A DNA stretch of 61,407 nt, the filler included, from Basidiobolus ranarum (taxonomy: Eukaryota): NCBI GenBank assembly GCA_040143965.1. It is 19 parts of 19 records of this genome, joined end to end, with 100 filler letters (N's around TTAATTAATTAA, not from the genome) between each part and the next. Parts side by side here need not be neighbours in the genome. Positions count along the whole stretch, not along the records: positions 35,662 to 38,796 come from JASJQH010009581.1; positions 38,897 to 42,030 come from JASJQH010009582.1; positions 42,131 to 45,263 come from JASJQH010009583.1; positions 45,364 to 48,495 come from JASJQH010009584.1; positions 48,596 to 51,727 come from JASJQH010009585.1; 14 more parts are not named here. One strand, given 5' to 3'. Both the position numbers and the translations under genes were made by a program. A model generated the notes under the pieces. It worked only from the letters and a program-made list of their open reading frames with translations. It had not been told where the DNA came from and ran no database searches. Positions 35,662 through 49,780 of the stretch are shown here, piece after piece (the stretch's first letter is position 1; each line of letters opens with the position of its first letter).

Positions 35662-38263
35662 CCTTCTGCAGCACAAAACAATCATGATATTGGTGGCTTG
35701 CTTTCTGCCAGGGATTTTGATGGTGAGATGGTGACTTCTTGATGGTATTTTGATGGTATTCTTACATAGTAAAGTATTGATCCTCATCTTTGGCATGTTT
35801 TATTTGATTTCCACCAACTTTTTAGAAAAGTAAATTTGGAATAATAAGTTACTGGGTTTACTACAGTAGGAATTGGAAGTATTATGCAAGCCTTGATTTT
35901 GATGTTTTGGGCTTTGTATTCCAGCCAAAATGAGAATCAAACACTACAATAATATTGTTGTTTTAAGTCCCTACATATGCACATATTTGATTGAGCACAC
36001 AAAACTCAACCACATAAATATTCTTTACCAGCAAACTAGTGGTGGAAAAGTTGCCCAACATCTGAAATTTTGAACAGCCCTCACACTTGGCCAAGATCTG
36101 ACTCCTGTTACTGCTCACAATGAGAATATGCTCTTAGATTTTTTTGCAAATTTCCATAAAGAATTCAGCCAAAATATCCCTAACTTGTAGTCAACAAATG
36201 TCTTGCCACAAGCACATGTGTCATTGCTTGAACAGGTTACTTCATGGCTAAGATCCTAATACTGCATTTCTCAATCTATCTCACTAAGTAGTCTTTCTTG
36301 CCGCTTCCCTAGAAATACTTTGAGATTTTCACACAAACATATTTATCCAAGTTACAGAGGAACCTACTCTGAGTCCACAGAGTGGGTTTTGTTGCTGTTA
36401 TTGTACTCAAACAATACAAAAATCCAAGAACACATTGAAAAGAGGCCTTTGATGGAAGGATAATATACTCTGGAGTCTTCTTAACCCATTGCATTACATC
36501 CATCACTGATTTTGCCAATACATTATTAATCAAATTGGCATATGGTAATATTGATGATATCACATGGAGCATCATTTAATGCAGGTGCACTCCATTGAGA
36601 ACTCCCAGAATGTACAGCAAGGAACAATATTCTCTGAAAATTGTGAAAGATGCAGCAGGGAATGTATTGAGTAACAGCATAAATTCAATCTATATTCATT
36701 AAACTTGTAATAAGGTCTTTCATATCCAAGAAAAAAATCCTGGCACAGTTGCTGTATCTCCCAAAGATTGGCCAATGTGAATTGAGGCTCTAAGAATATA
36801 TTAATAAATAGCCACAAACAAATTCCTATGTTGCAAATAATTATCATGTAGAACTCTTTATAGGATTCCACTCAAATATTTACAAATCCAATGCTGCCAG
36901 TCTTGGTATTTGAATAAATGCCCAGATGAGTGGATATTGCTGGGAGTCCTGGCAAAATATCAAGGTATCTTGATGTTTTGAAGCATCTTCCCAATGAAGA
37001 CAAACTTTTATCCTATCTCAAATGACTCATTCATATTGAATATTCCACTATATAGCTGAGTAAATAGTATTAGAATCTTATTGAATAATAAGTGCATAGT
37101 GCCTAATGGGAAGCTTGGGCTCCAGCTGATCCCCTTTAGTAGTAAAATCTTAGCCATATGGATGATCCCAAGTTTGATGTTAGACTGACTATTTGGTTAA
37201 TTGATTTCCACAAGTATGTTGAAAAGTGACTGGATTCTTGATGGTAACATCATGGATTTTCATGTAGTATTTGGATAGTAGTAATGCATGTACCTGATAG
37301 AGCAAACTCTGTATGTAAGTGTGGAATTTTTGGTATATCCCCTCAATATCATCAGCGGATTATGAGATGGTGTCACAGATTAGTTATCAGGGGATTTACA
37401 AGATACCTCTGGTAATGGATAGCAAGTTGGGTTTATCATAAGCTGTTTCCAAGCAATTTCATTACAATAAGTTTACTATCTAAAATTTTAATGCCATTAA
37501 AAAAGCATCAAGAATCTAAATCAAAATTAGTTTCTAAGCAAAAAACTGCTGGCACAAAAGGGAAAAAGCCAGCAAGAACAGAGGACTTAATTGATGAGCA
37601 GTGTGGCAATCCACTGTTTACTTTGGAAGGTGTTAACATGCCAAAAACTAACTGAAGTAATCAGCAAACATTAATGAATCTAACAGATGAGCTCCTTAGC
37701 ATCAATAGTGCAAGTGAGGAGATTGAAATCCCCCATTTACATAGTAATTCAATAGTCAAGCAGTGTTCAACCAAAACACTATTAAAGTCATGAATTTCCA
37801 AAATGGCTACTTTGCCAGCTGTTGAGCAACCCTGGCCCAAAAATATGGATCGAATTATTTCTACCAGGGAATCTCAGGCAAAACAACACATTGATTTGTA
37901 TACAATTGTAAGTATATAATACCAAGTTGCTATAAAGGCAATAACAAGCAATAACATCACAATATTGTAATGAATGCAGCATCTTGAAGCAGCCAGTCAG
38001 CAGTTAGATAATCACTCAAGGTTGATACAGGACCTTTGGAATGCTGTACTTGAGCTACATCAATATGATGCTCCCTCTATCCATTTTCATATGGGGTTTC
38101 AATCAATCCCACAATATATATATGAACATTGACATGACAATGTAGCAGAGCAGAATATGTTATGGACTGTTAAGCCAGCACAAAAACTCAATATTGTTGG
38201 GGCACATGAAAGTAGAAACCTCATAGGAAAAGAAGCAAACCAAAAGACTCTGAATGTCAGAAC
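35662..38263. mobile_element. CACTA element: transposase C-terminal half (minus) and ORF2 5' part (plus), internally deleted
   Basis: YYKFNEYRLNLCCYSIHSLLH...FWEFSMECTC matches the H-LLH...GP...W-F-MER motif of En/Spm transposases. Confidence 0.82.
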
Positions 38264-38796
38264 TGTTGAAATTAGCATCGCCTAAGCACCTATATAGTCA
38301 TATATAGCTTAGTACACAGTTATCTTATAGTTCACTAAGATATTATTAATTATTCTAAATTGGAATTTACTTAGAATATTTTTACCAACTTAGAAGTTCT
38401 CAGATATATAGATTTTTCAAACTTGTGCTAGAAGCCCCAAGCTTTTCACACATATTCCTGGGATCTTCCTTAACACATTCTACATGCTAGTTTGCTTATA
38501 TCTTGACAAAACTATAAATGTCAATTTCTACTCAATAAAACAATAAGTGAAAACCTCCAATTCCTCTAATTCTCCAAACCACTTCTAACAGGCTCCCAAG
38601 TACTTTAACAGGTTATGAGCCCCAAGCTTGCACTCTCTGTAATGTTTACTTCTCAAATTCATGGAACTTTTCCTTCTTCTGAAAAATTGGATGGAACCAA
38701 TTATCAAGTATGGAAAATTAAAATGAAAATGCTGCTGCTAGTAAAAGGACTTTGGGACACTGATGCAGGAGAAGAAAAAAATGCAAAACTATCTGA
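38264..38796 (+). mobile_element. Copia family A 5' LTR (38264-38610), PBS (38611-38622) and gag start
   Basis: TG...CA LTR directly followed by GGTTATGAGCCC. Gag motif EKLDGTNYQVWKIKMKMLL-KGLWD. Confidence 0.93.
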
Positions 38797-38896
38797 NNNN
38801 NNNNNNNNNNNNNNNNNNNNNNNNNNNNNNNNNNNNNNNNTTAATTAATTAANNNNNNNNNNNNNNNNNNNNNNNNNNNNNNNNNNNNNNNNNNNN

Positions 38897-41800
38897 AGGG
38901 TAGTTTCATTACTGAAGGAGTTAAGTCATGTAATTGCCAAGTGTTTTGCACTTGTACCAGGTGAGTGGCAAGCAACAGTTGCCAATCAACTGTGATAAAA
39001 GTGTAAGAAAAAGAACAAACACCTGGTTGCCAATCTTGGATTGAACTCTCCACTCCTCCATAATCAAAGCTGCTTCCTTTACTCTGAGTTTGATGAGTGA
39101 ACTAATCCTGGCTGAGAACAAAGAGTCAATAACCAAACCATTGTCTTCTTCATCTTCTGATATATTACCATCAGTGCTCAAATAACCAAGGACAACATCT
39201 AGCATCATGTCCTCACAGTTGTCTGGACTTACTGGTTTGATCAATGTAACATTTCTACCTACAACATTCTGGTCATATTACTGTAAGAACTTCATAGTTT
39301 TGTGACTTTCAGCTGTGTTACCAAATCCTTGTGGTGAAGCAGAGCCAGTGGACTCAGTGTGCAAAATTAAAGTTGTTTTTGTGCACTTACAACCATGATA
39401 CTTACCAGGCCTTATGCAGCTGGTAGCATTGTACAGTGAGTATGCTTATGATTAGTTTTTTCAATGAATCCTTCAGCTTTCATAGCACAAGGGTTCATGG
39501 CAATAATGGCAGGACTTCTTTAACCAATCGTGTAGTTCATTGAGACGGCTATTGTAGATAATCAAACACCTCCTACATTAGTGTGGTATTTTAGGTATAA
39601 CCCATACATATGCTCAGCTGATTCCAAGACAGTGTCACCCAAGAGTTATCAGGGGATTTACAAGATATTTCTGGTAATGTATGACAAGTTTGGCTTATTG
39701 TAAGTTGCTTCTAAGCAATTTCATTGTACTGTGCTTACCATCTGGAAATTTCAATGCCATTCAAGAAGTGTTGAAAATCTAAGTCAAAATCAGCTTCCAA
39801 ACACAAGCTTCCTGGCATGAAAGGAAAAAACCAGCAAGAACAGAGGACTGAATTGATGACAGTCTAGCAATCTATGATCCACTTTGGAAGGCATTAACAT
39901 GCCAGAATTTAGCTCAAGCAATGATAAAGCATTAATCATTTGCCAGATGTGTTCCCTTCTAGCAATAGTACAAGTGATGAGATTGTGATCATCCAATTAT
40001 GTAGTAAATCAACAGTTGAGCAAAGTTTAACACAAAATCCTTCACAACTATTAACTTCCAAGATGGCTAGAACATGTGGATAGAATTATTACAACAAGGC
40101 AATCATGGGCAGAACACCATAATTATTTGTATGCAATCCTAAGTAAAAACTAGGAAGTTGCTATATAGGCCATGACAGCAATAAGGCTGCAATATTCTAT
40201 TTAATGCAGCATTCCAAAGCAACTATTCAACAGTTAGAGGTATGCTCAACAATGATACAAGACCTTCAGAATGCTGTACTTGAGCTGCAGCAACATGCTG
40301 CTCCCTCTGTTCATTCTCATACGGGATTTCAATTAATCCCACACCATACATATGAATGTCACCATGACAGTCTAGCAGAGCAGAATATGTGTTGGAACAT
40401 TAAGCCTACACAATGATCCAAAATTGATACAAGACCTCTAGAATGGTGTACTTAAGCTACAGCAACATGCTGCTCCCTCCATCCATTCTCATACAAGATT
40501 TCAATTAATCACACATCATACTGATGAACATCACAGTGACAATCCAGCAAAGGAGAATATGGGTTGGACCATGAAGCCTACACAATGACTCAAAATTGCT
40601 TGGGCACATGAAAGTAGAGATCTCATAGGAAAATGTGCCAACAAAAAGACTCAGATTGTTAAAGCTGCTGTAACTTGCTCTGATCAAGAGTAGTTTAACA
40701 TTTTGGAAACTGTGTGGAATCTTGCCCAAAATCACCTTGATTGGAGCCAATTGCGGAAATACCAAAAACCAGATATTACTATGAAGGTTCTTGACTTATT
40801 TCATGTGGTTTGTCCTGGGCTTTTACTAGTAAATGACAATTGGGCTGGTATAGGCCTATATGTGAAACATCTTAAAAATGTACAAAATTATTGACTTGTA
40901 AAAGAAAGAAAACAACTAAAGAAGTATTCAAGCTGAAGTAAGTTAGTAAATCCAAGGGAAAAGCAAAGAAGCCTGTGAGTTTAGGCTTTACTGTCCTACT
41001 TATGAAATTCTTCAAACCATTACAAAGATCTATATTTCCCATGTCAGACATACCAGCAGATATATTGCCAAAAAGGCTTAATTTCACAATGGAATCAAGT
41101 ACACCAGTAGGTTGATTTTTAACTTTGGATGCTTATCCAACATCTGGAACCTTTCAACAAGCCAAATTGCCAGTAATAAAACTCATGGCTCTCCAACCCC
41201 AGCTGGTACCTTTCAAAGTGTTGAAATTAGCCACAAACTTAAAGGCAAGCAAAAAGCCATACAAACACACCAAAGCACCCTCAGTAGTGTCACACTACAA
41301 TGATGTATGAAAATAGTAAAAGTGCTTACTCTGATGATGAGTGGTTAAACATTTTGGAAACTGTGGAATCTTGTCCAAAATTACCTTGACTTGAGCCAAT
41401 TGTGACAAAACTAAATCCTGCTGTTATTCTGAGGGTTCTTGAACATCAATAGAAAATCAAGGATTGTTATTGTAGGAAAACCATCACAACTTAAATTCCA
41501 TTTGGGAATGACTGCTTACCCAGTGTCATAAAATCATCAAATTAGATTTGAATTTATTCAATTTTTTCAGTTTCAGGAGTTATATTTCAAGATCTTGCAA
41601 AATAGTTGCACATGATTGGCTACAATCTTGGCAAACGATAGAGCAACAAATGTGCAAAAACGTAACACAAACTTTACATATTTACTACTTGAATGCGGAT
41701 TTGTCACCTTTGAAACTCCTAGTTTCTTTGATATATTCTCCAGAGTATTTTTATAGAGTTCTTCATGCCCAAGGTTTAGCTCATACCCAACACAAGTTTG

Positions 41801-42030
41801 TGTCAATATCTCCATCAAAGCCCACCATTATATTGACGTTGCTGTATCAACATTCCTCCAGCTATCTGGCTGATACCCTGCAATACCCTAACAGAAATTT
41901 GAGGATTGTTATCGTAGGAAAACTGTCACAATTTTAATCCATTTGGGGTTGACCGTTTACTTACCGTCATAAAAATGTCAAGTTAGATTTGATTTTAATC
42001 AATTTTTTCAGTTTCAGGAGTGAAATTTCA
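38897..42030. mobile_element. CACTA copies: transposase N-terminus (minus), ORF2 (plus) and nested left ends
   Basis: Same layout as 3471-6110. Terminus CCCTAACAGAAATTTGAGG at 41886 and a decayed one near 41445. Confidence 0.8.
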
Positions 42031-42269
42031 NNNNNNNNNNNNNNNNNNNNNNNNNNNNNNNNNNNNNNNNNNNNTTAATTAATTAANNNNNNNNNNNNNN
42101 NNNNNNNNNNNNNNNNNNNNNNNNNNNNNNGGGCCAAGAATAAAAAAAGGAAAGTTAATTAACGAAAGTTGCCCCGCAACCAAACCCACTAACAATGAGA
42201 AAATTTAACGCCCACTATTTAAAAGGATTCATTCCTGTTGCCAAGATTATTTGCTGTTAGCAGTATTCT

Positions 42270-42930
42270 GAAAAATCTGAAGTCATGCACTGTTTGCACT
42301 CAGTTGGCACTCACAGAATCCGGTAAATATTGTTAATTTTGGCATATATATCATTGATTTCTTGTCTTAAAGCTTTGATGAAATCACCCAAATATAGATA
42401 ATTGTTCTGGTACCAAAGTTCCTGCCTTATAGCTGATGGTATTACCCACATACTTGCAGTATATCACTTCCACAATATGGATAGTCAAGGTTTCTTTGAG
42501 AACAGATATGATTATGTATCTGCATTGGCTTGGGCTAGTTTCTCACTAAACAATATATCGATGGAATGGCTAGCTGGCTAATATTTCTTATTAACTTATA
42601 TCTTCCTCCTTACAGATGGTATAAGATTCATAATAATTTGACACTATGAATCATATCTGGACCTATAACACCAGTGCTTATAGATAGCTTTTTAGAGCCT
42701 TTGCTTGCAGAATTTGAACAGTTATTAAATGGGGTACAGATGGGTGAATATTTTGTAAAAATAATATCACTGTATGTATTGATGACACTCTTGCTATTGG
42801 CAAACATGAAGGTGTTCATGGGCACAATGCACTATCTTGCTGCTGATTTTGTCCAATCAATGCAGCTTACTCTACTAGGCATATGTATTACTACTATTCC
42901 AACTAAACTGCATGATTTTACCACCAAGAG
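42270..42930 (+). mobile_element. CACTA Tnp2-type (Transposase_21-like) catalytic core remnant
   Basis: NLYLPP-R-YK, ISGP-TP--IDSFLEPLLAEFEQLLNGV, DD-LAIGK-EG-HGHN-LSCC-FC. Confidence 0.8.
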
Positions 42931-43500
42931 CTTGGTCATATTTCAACATGTTCACTAATAGCAATTCACCAAACAGTCAGTCTAAAAACTCCAAATTAGT
43001 AAAAATATTCACCCATGCTTTACAGGCATGTTTGTCATAATCTCAGCACATCCAATATTCCCATTCCATAGTCAACAATAAATAGGACATATTCATTTCA
43101 CTAAAACATATAGTATCTGATTCACAATTCAAAATCTTGTCTAAAAAACTTCAAAATACCATAAACACTTCATCAGGTGATGAGCTCCTGGTTAGCTACT
43201 AAAGAAATGACTACCAGTACTGTTACCAACATTTTTGCATCCACAGAGGAGTCTGATGAAGAAGACTTTTACTTTTTGAAGTTTAAGATGCATATGGTGC
43301 CACAAGACAGGGACATTTGTAGATTTTTTAGAGGGCCAAAGTGATCAACAGAATATACCCTTGCCTTGAACATAGAGCAGAGGCATGACTCCTCTGCACT
43401 TGGTCTACATCTGTTAGACTCTCATTTGATGCAAGTATACTTGGCCAAAATGTCCAAGATGCTGGGAAAGCACTTAAGTGACTATATAAGACTAAAAATC
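42930..43500 (+). mobile_element. Decayed copia family B LTR, PBS and gag start
   Basis: Homologous to 57700-58183. CA-GGTGATGAGCTC is a degenerate PBS near 43176. Confidence 0.7.
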
Positions 43501-45005
43501 TGATGAAAGTGTTTAGAGGACTTGGAAATGTTTTGAACAAGATTTTGATTTGTGAATTAGACACTTATATTTTGTTGAATTGAATATGTCCTATTTATAG
43601 TTTACTATAAAATAGAACTATTGGATGGGCTTAGATCATAACAAACATGCCTGCTAAGCTTGGGTGAAAATTTGAGGTGAATTGGAGAAGTTTTGAGATA
43701 ATAGTGAAAATTGGTAAAAGTGATCTAACTGATATTTCTATCAATTAGAGCAATAAACCCACGTTTTTGAATGACAGAATTGAGTGCTAAATAATGAGAT
43801 TATGAACAGACTAACTACTAAATAGTGAGGTGCTATTTACCTAATTTCAACATTCCCAGTCAACTAATTATTTTGTATTTCTCTTAAATCTACCATATAT
43901 CTTAATAATTCATATTGTGCCTTAGCTAAAGATTTGGTTAAGATATCAGCTATCATTTCTTCAGCAGCACAATAGACAAGTTCAATTATATATTTCTCTA
44001 TTGCACCTCTAACAAAATGATGCCTAATATCTATATGTTTTGTTCTAGCATGAAATGAAGGGTTTTTAGCCAATGAAATACAACTTTGATAACCTTCAAA
44101 CACCATAATAGCAGGTTTTTGTATATATTGTAAGTCTGTAAATAACTTCCTTAGCCACATGGCTTCTTGTGTAGTAGCAGAGGCAGCCATATACTCTACC
44201 TCTGTGGTGGCAAGTGCTACAGTTGGTTGCCTCTTACTATTCCAAGTTCTGGCTCCATTACCAAAGAGAACAGTGTACCCAGTTGTTGACCCTCTATCAT
44301 CAAGGTTTCTTCCCCAGTCTGCGTCACTGTCGCCTTCAAAATTTTGTGCATCAGGAGTGGCAGAGTATTCCAAAATTGGATCTACAGTTCCTCTCATATA
44401 CCTGAATATTTGTTTTACTGCATTTTTATGCTCAGATCCTGGATTTTTGAGATATCATCTGACAGTTCACACTGCTACAGCAATTACTGCACATGTTCCA
44501 GCCTTTTTTTGAATTAAACTACCCTCCATGGATTGATATGGGAACTCCTGAATTTGATTCGAGTCTTTTTGGGCCACATTGGACAAAATTTTGCTTAATT
44601 TCACATTGGGATCCGTGGGTGTTAATACAGGCTTGCTATTCTCCATGTTGAAGCTTTTTAGGATCTCTAGGATGTATCTAGACTGATTCAATATGATTTT
44701 CTGATTGGGTTTATCTCTCTTGATTTAGATTCCCAGGAAATAACTTAATTCACCCATATCAGTCTTCTAAAATTGGTTTAATAAGCGGCATTTTGTCTGA
44801 TTTGGTGCTTCTAGATCATTTGTGGCTATGATCAAATCATCCACATATAGTGCCAAGAGAAGAATCCTATTTCTGGTTGTTTGAGGTAAATATCGTGATC
44901 TGCTGTGCATTTTTGGAATTCCAGTGATTCCAAATACATATCTTTCTTGTTGTACCATGCCCTGGGTGCTTGCTTGAGTCCATATAGCAATTTTTGCAGT
45001 TTACA
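43501..45005 (-). mobile_element. Copia family B RT and RNase H with 3' LTR (43501-43852)
   Basis: ALYVDDLIIA, SDADWG--LDDRGSTTGY, FHARTKHIDIRHHFVR, MIADILTKSL, then a purine tract and TGTTGAAATTAGG. Confidence 0.93.
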
Positions 45006-45008
45006 ACC

Positions 45009-45263
45009 CCCTATCAGAAATTTGAGGATTGTTATTGTAGGAAAACCATCACAATTTTAATCTATTTGGTATTGACTGTTTACTTACTGTCATAAAGTTG
45101 TCACGTTAAATTTGCTTTTAATCATTTTCTTCAGTTTCAGGAGTAAAATTTTAAGATCTTGCAAAATAGTTGCAAATGATTGGCTAAAATCTCAGAGAAC
45201 TATGGATCAACACATGTGCAAAAAATGTAACTCAAATTTTACACAATTACCACTTGAATGCTA
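45009..45263 (+). mobile_element. CACTA left end inserted into copia RT
   Basis: CCCTATCAGAAATTTGAGGATTG starts exactly where the copia frame stops. Confidence 0.8.
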
Positions 45264-46565
45264 NNNNNNNNNNNNNNNNNNNNNNNNNNNNNNNNNNNNN
45301 NNNNNNNTTAATTAATTAANNNNNNNNNNNNNNNNNNNNNNNNNNNNNNNNNNNNNNNNNNNNATACAAACCATTATAATAAATATATTGTATACCATAC
45401 CCTTCGACTTGTCCACCATACCCTTCGACCGTATTATGATACAAATCAATGTACTAAATATACACTCTATACCATGGATAACTAAATACAAAGCTATATA
45501 TGACTATATAGGTGTTTAGGCAGTGCTAATTTCAACAGATTTGACTATACCATTGGCTGTTGCACTTTGATGCCAGAAAGTATAAAGACACCAATATTGA
45601 GTCCGTCCCTCTACCTGTAAATTTTCAAGCATTTCCTCTAACATCCTTTACATGCTACAAATACATACCTATTACTATTACTATCACTTCTGACCTATGT
45701 CCAGACACTCGATTCCAATTGAATAAAACACTGATGTATTTCCAGATTTTGTTAAACCGTTTCACCCTTTTATTTATCCGGCATGTTAATAATTTTAGTT
45801 ACGTGACAAACAATAGCTCTGGATTTCTTTAAGCAGTTTCAAAGACAACATTACATGTCAATGTTTCATTGAAACAACTATTAAGAAGTTACAACATAGT
45901 TTAGCGTTGCACGAAAGAATATGAATCCCGTTTTCTTTAGACATTTTCCATGTTACTTGGTTTTCAAGACAGTTATTCTACATGAAGGCTGCATGTTGTT
46001 GTTTCATCACTACAATTGATGCGAGGACTGCTGAATTGGCAATATGCTTAATCACACATCAAATGCATATTTCACTATGGAATGTTTCAATCAAACGCAA
46101 TAAACATGGCCACTACTCAAACTGCTACTCTTTTAGTACTTCAGTTGTATGATCGCTTCAAACCCAAACATTCACTATGAACACCAGTAAAATCATTGAG
46201 AAGTAACAACAAAGCCCATATTCTTTTAAATGCTTCTGATTAGTTGGATAATTTCAATTTTAGATTGTTTCAATTTGACAGTGCACCAGTTGTAGATGCA
46301 GCAGTCAGTATTTTCGACACTATATTTGTTACACCTCCAATGGGGATTTTATTCAGAAATACAAGTCAGAATTCATTTCTTGAACTCTGCACTATGATTG
46401 CTGTGCTTCATACACCAATGTATACGTAGCTGTGACACTCGGGAACTTTTCAGTGAACTCACTGCAGTGATGAAACACAAAAGCCTATAAAGGCAGCTGA
46501 TAGCAGACAGGTGAGCACATTGTCTATCAAGCCATTGATAACATCATTCAAGTAAGCCGCCTACC

Positions 46566-46916
46566 ATGAAATCCTATTTCTCCGTCCTCACTATTGCCGC
46601 TATTGTCATGAGCGTTGTATGCCACCGTGAATCTGGTGGCTCACTCTGTGTGCGCAGTGTGTTTGATGCAACCACCAGGGCAATTCAAGCTGGACGCTAC
46701 TGTAATGCGGCATCCATAAAGGCAGCAAAGGCAACAGATTATTGTGATTGCCTTAGCAAGCGAGAGGTGAATGTTAGTAGGCGCTGCTTGGACTGTACTC
46801 AAGGGGAAGCTGATTGGCAGGCTTGTGATGATGCACTGGCGTACCTTCGGGGGTTAGCTTCCACTGAATGTACATCTAGCAAGTGGTACAAATCTCCAGA
46901 GCCTCAGGCGGAATAG
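46566..46916 (+). CDS. Small secreted Cys-rich protein (116 aa, 8 Cys in the mature part)
   Basis: Signal peptide MKSYFSVLTIAAIVMSVVC, ACCATG start context and TATAAA about 80 nt upstream. CpG is retained, unlike the flanking TEs. Confidence 0.8.
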   Translation: MKSYFSVLTIAAIVMSVVCHRESGGSLCVRSVFDATTRAIQAGRYCNAASIKAAKATDYCDCLSKREVNVSRRCLDCTQGEADWQACDDALAYLRGLASTECTSSKWYKSPEPQAE

Positions 46917-47615
46917 AGGAGCCTGTCTGTGCTTTTGATGCTAGAGATCTGAATGTATTACTGTTAGAGAATTATCATCTCGTCATTGGCTAGTACAATG
47001 TTGCCTTGTATGAAATAAAGAGTTTTGACGTGCACCTCGCATAACTATTCTGAAATTACCTAATCTGTGGAGTAGCCTAGATGATAATAATAGTAATAAT
47101 AGACCAGGGCTTAAAATCATAAACTGAGTCAGGGCTAGGGTTAGGATTAGCCTTAGAAAGTATACTGGTGGATTTGCCAAAATGGTTATTGCAGTGGGTT
47201 TCTAACATGCAATAGTTAGCTCATTCTTTCCCAGCTCAATTGGTGGAATGCAATATACAAAATTCACTAGTAGCTTACTCTGTGCCCTCATTGTACTCAT
47301 AATTGTGATGTAGGTGGCTTTAAGTGGATGCCATTGCCATGAGTCTACAACAAGGTGCAGCTTCTAGCACTGCTATGCATCTGGGATTTCTTAAACCATT
47401 TCAACTTAGTTACACATCCAAATATGGCATCTTCAAGTGGTTTCAAGAGGAACACTCTAAGGCTTAGTGCATTTTCATCACAGAGCAATTCAAGCTGCAA
47501 TAAATGTCCTGATATGGAGATTCAACAGTGAGTCTTTAGGCACCATATTTGAGAGTGATGCCATTATAGAATTGGGTTACTCAAATATTGCTCTTCTTTA
47601 TTGGATCATTTAATA

Positions 47616-48495
47616 TCCTAACAAAAATTTGGGCATGGTTATTGTAAGAAAACCATCACAATTTTAATCCATTTTAGGTTAACCATTTACTTACCTTCAC
47701 AAAAATATCAAGTTGGATTTGATTTTAATCAATGTTTTCAATTTCAGGAGTGAAATTTCAAGATCTTACAAAATTGATGCACAAGATTAGCTACAATCTC
47801 AGAAAGCTATGGATCACCACATGTGCAAAAAACATAACTTAAATTTTACACATTTACCACTTGAATGCTAATTTGTCACCTTGAAATCCCTAGCTTCTTT
47901 GATCCCAAGCAGAAATTTGAGGATTGTTATTGTGGGAAAACCATCCCAATTTTAATCCATTTTGGATTGACTGTTTGCTTACCATCATAAAATTGTCAAG
48001 TTAGATTTGATTTTAATCAATTTTTTCAGTTTCATGAGTGAAACTTCAAGATCTTGCAAAATAGTGGCATATGATTGGCTACAATCTCAGAGAACTATAG
48101 ACCAACATATGTGCAAAAAACATAACTCAAATTTTACACATATATCTCTTGAACATGAGTTTGTCACCTTCAAAATTCCTAGTTTCTTTGATATATTCTC
48201 CTGAATATTTTTATAGAGTTCTTCACACCCAAGGTGTAGCTCATATCCAACACAAGTATGTATCAATATCTCCATCAAAGCCCACCATTGTATTAATGTT
48301 GCTGAATCAACATTCTTCCAGCTATCTGGCAGATACCCTGCAATATTGTGCCACTCTGTATTAAGTTCTTCCCAGATATCTGCATGGTCAACACCAGACT
48401 GAATGTCAAGTTGAATGTTCTTCTTCTGAAGCCACTTTCTGCATACTTGCACTGTGTTTTTCCCTTCATAGTTTTGAAAATACTCCTCAAGCACT
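47616..48495. mobile_element. Two stacked CACTA left ends and ORF2 3' part (minus)
   Basis: Termini at 47616 and 47904; LEEYFQNYEG...WHNIAGYLPDSWKNVD. Confidence 0.8.
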
Positions 48496-48595
48496 NNNNN
48501 NNNNNNNNNNNNNNNNNNNNNNNNNNNNNNNNNNNNNNNTTAATTAATTAANNNNNNNNNNNNNNNNNNNNNNNNNNNNNNNNNNNNNNNNNNNN

Positions 48596-49780
48596 TCATC
48601 CAATTTGGCTCAAAATGACTCAAATCAAAGTCAGGAGTTCCCTTATGAATCCATGGTTCAATGTCTACAATGGTTGGAACATGTGCAGACATTGCTGTGG
48701 CAGTGGGAACTGTCAGCCAATATCTCAGAAATCCAGGACCTGAGCACAAAACTGCAGTAAAACAAATATTCAGCTATTTGACAAGAACTGTAGATCTAGT
48801 TTGGAAATACTCTGCCACTCCTGATGCACAAAATCATGAAGGCTATAGTGTTGCAGACTGGGGACAAAACCTTGATGATGGAGGATCAACAACTGGGTAC
48901 ACTTTTCTCTATAGTAATGGGGCCATAACTTGAAATAGTAAGAAGCAACCAGCCATAGCACTCTCCACCACAGAAGCAGAGTATATTGCTACCTCTAGTG
49001 CTACACAAGAATCTATGTGCTTAAGGAAGTTATTTACAGACTTAGGATACATGCAAAAATGTGCTTTTACTGTATTTAAAGATTTACTTCTATCATTTTT
49101 CACTAATTTCTCAAATCTTCTCCAAATCATCTCAAATCTTCACCCATGCCTAACAGACATGTTTGTTATGATCTAAGCATGTCTAATTGTCCTATTTCAT
49201 AGTACACCATAAATAGGGCATAATCAATCCAATAATACCTATTTGTGTCTAATTTACAAATCCATATCTTGTCCAAAACTCTGGTAATTCCCCTTAACAC
49301 TTTTACCATAGGCATCACCTAAGTACACTTTCCTTGTTTAGATGGGTTTAAGCTGGAAAACCAATCTTTCTTGTTTGACATATGCTGAGGAGCTCCTGAA
49401 TCAAAGTACAATGTTTTGCAGTCTTATTTGGTGGGTACTGATAGTACCGACACAATTCAATGGTCCCTATCAATACTTAATTGATTTGCTTATTCCCACC
49501 ATAGCTTTTTGGCAAAGAACCTTTTTCTGCAATCTTTGATAAAATGGCCTGGTTTCTTGCAATACTTGCAGATGACTGATTTCTAATTAGGGGCTCCATT
49601 ATTGAAGCCTGTTGAACATTTCATAGTTCTAAAAAATGCCTGTTCTGCTTAATTTTGCTGAGAATTAAATAGCCTTGATTTCTCATTCAAAAGCCTTGCA
49701 CAAACCTATTCCATTGTTAATGGCTCTGAACTTGATTCTAGGGCAATGAGGAGGTTCCAAAACGTCAGGCTGGCTCCCAA
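48596..49780. mobile_element. Copia family B fragments (RT/RNase H plus, partial LTR, gag-protease minus)
   Basis: GYSVADWG...STTGY, STTEAEY. 49320-49770 is the reverse complement of a homologue of 55690-56150. Confidence 0.85.

Noticed and set aside
47225-47520. Possible MULE transposase remnant (FP--LWN...LP*VYNKV...HPN)
   Set aside because: The motifs need several frameshifts to line up, which is too weak without an HMM search.
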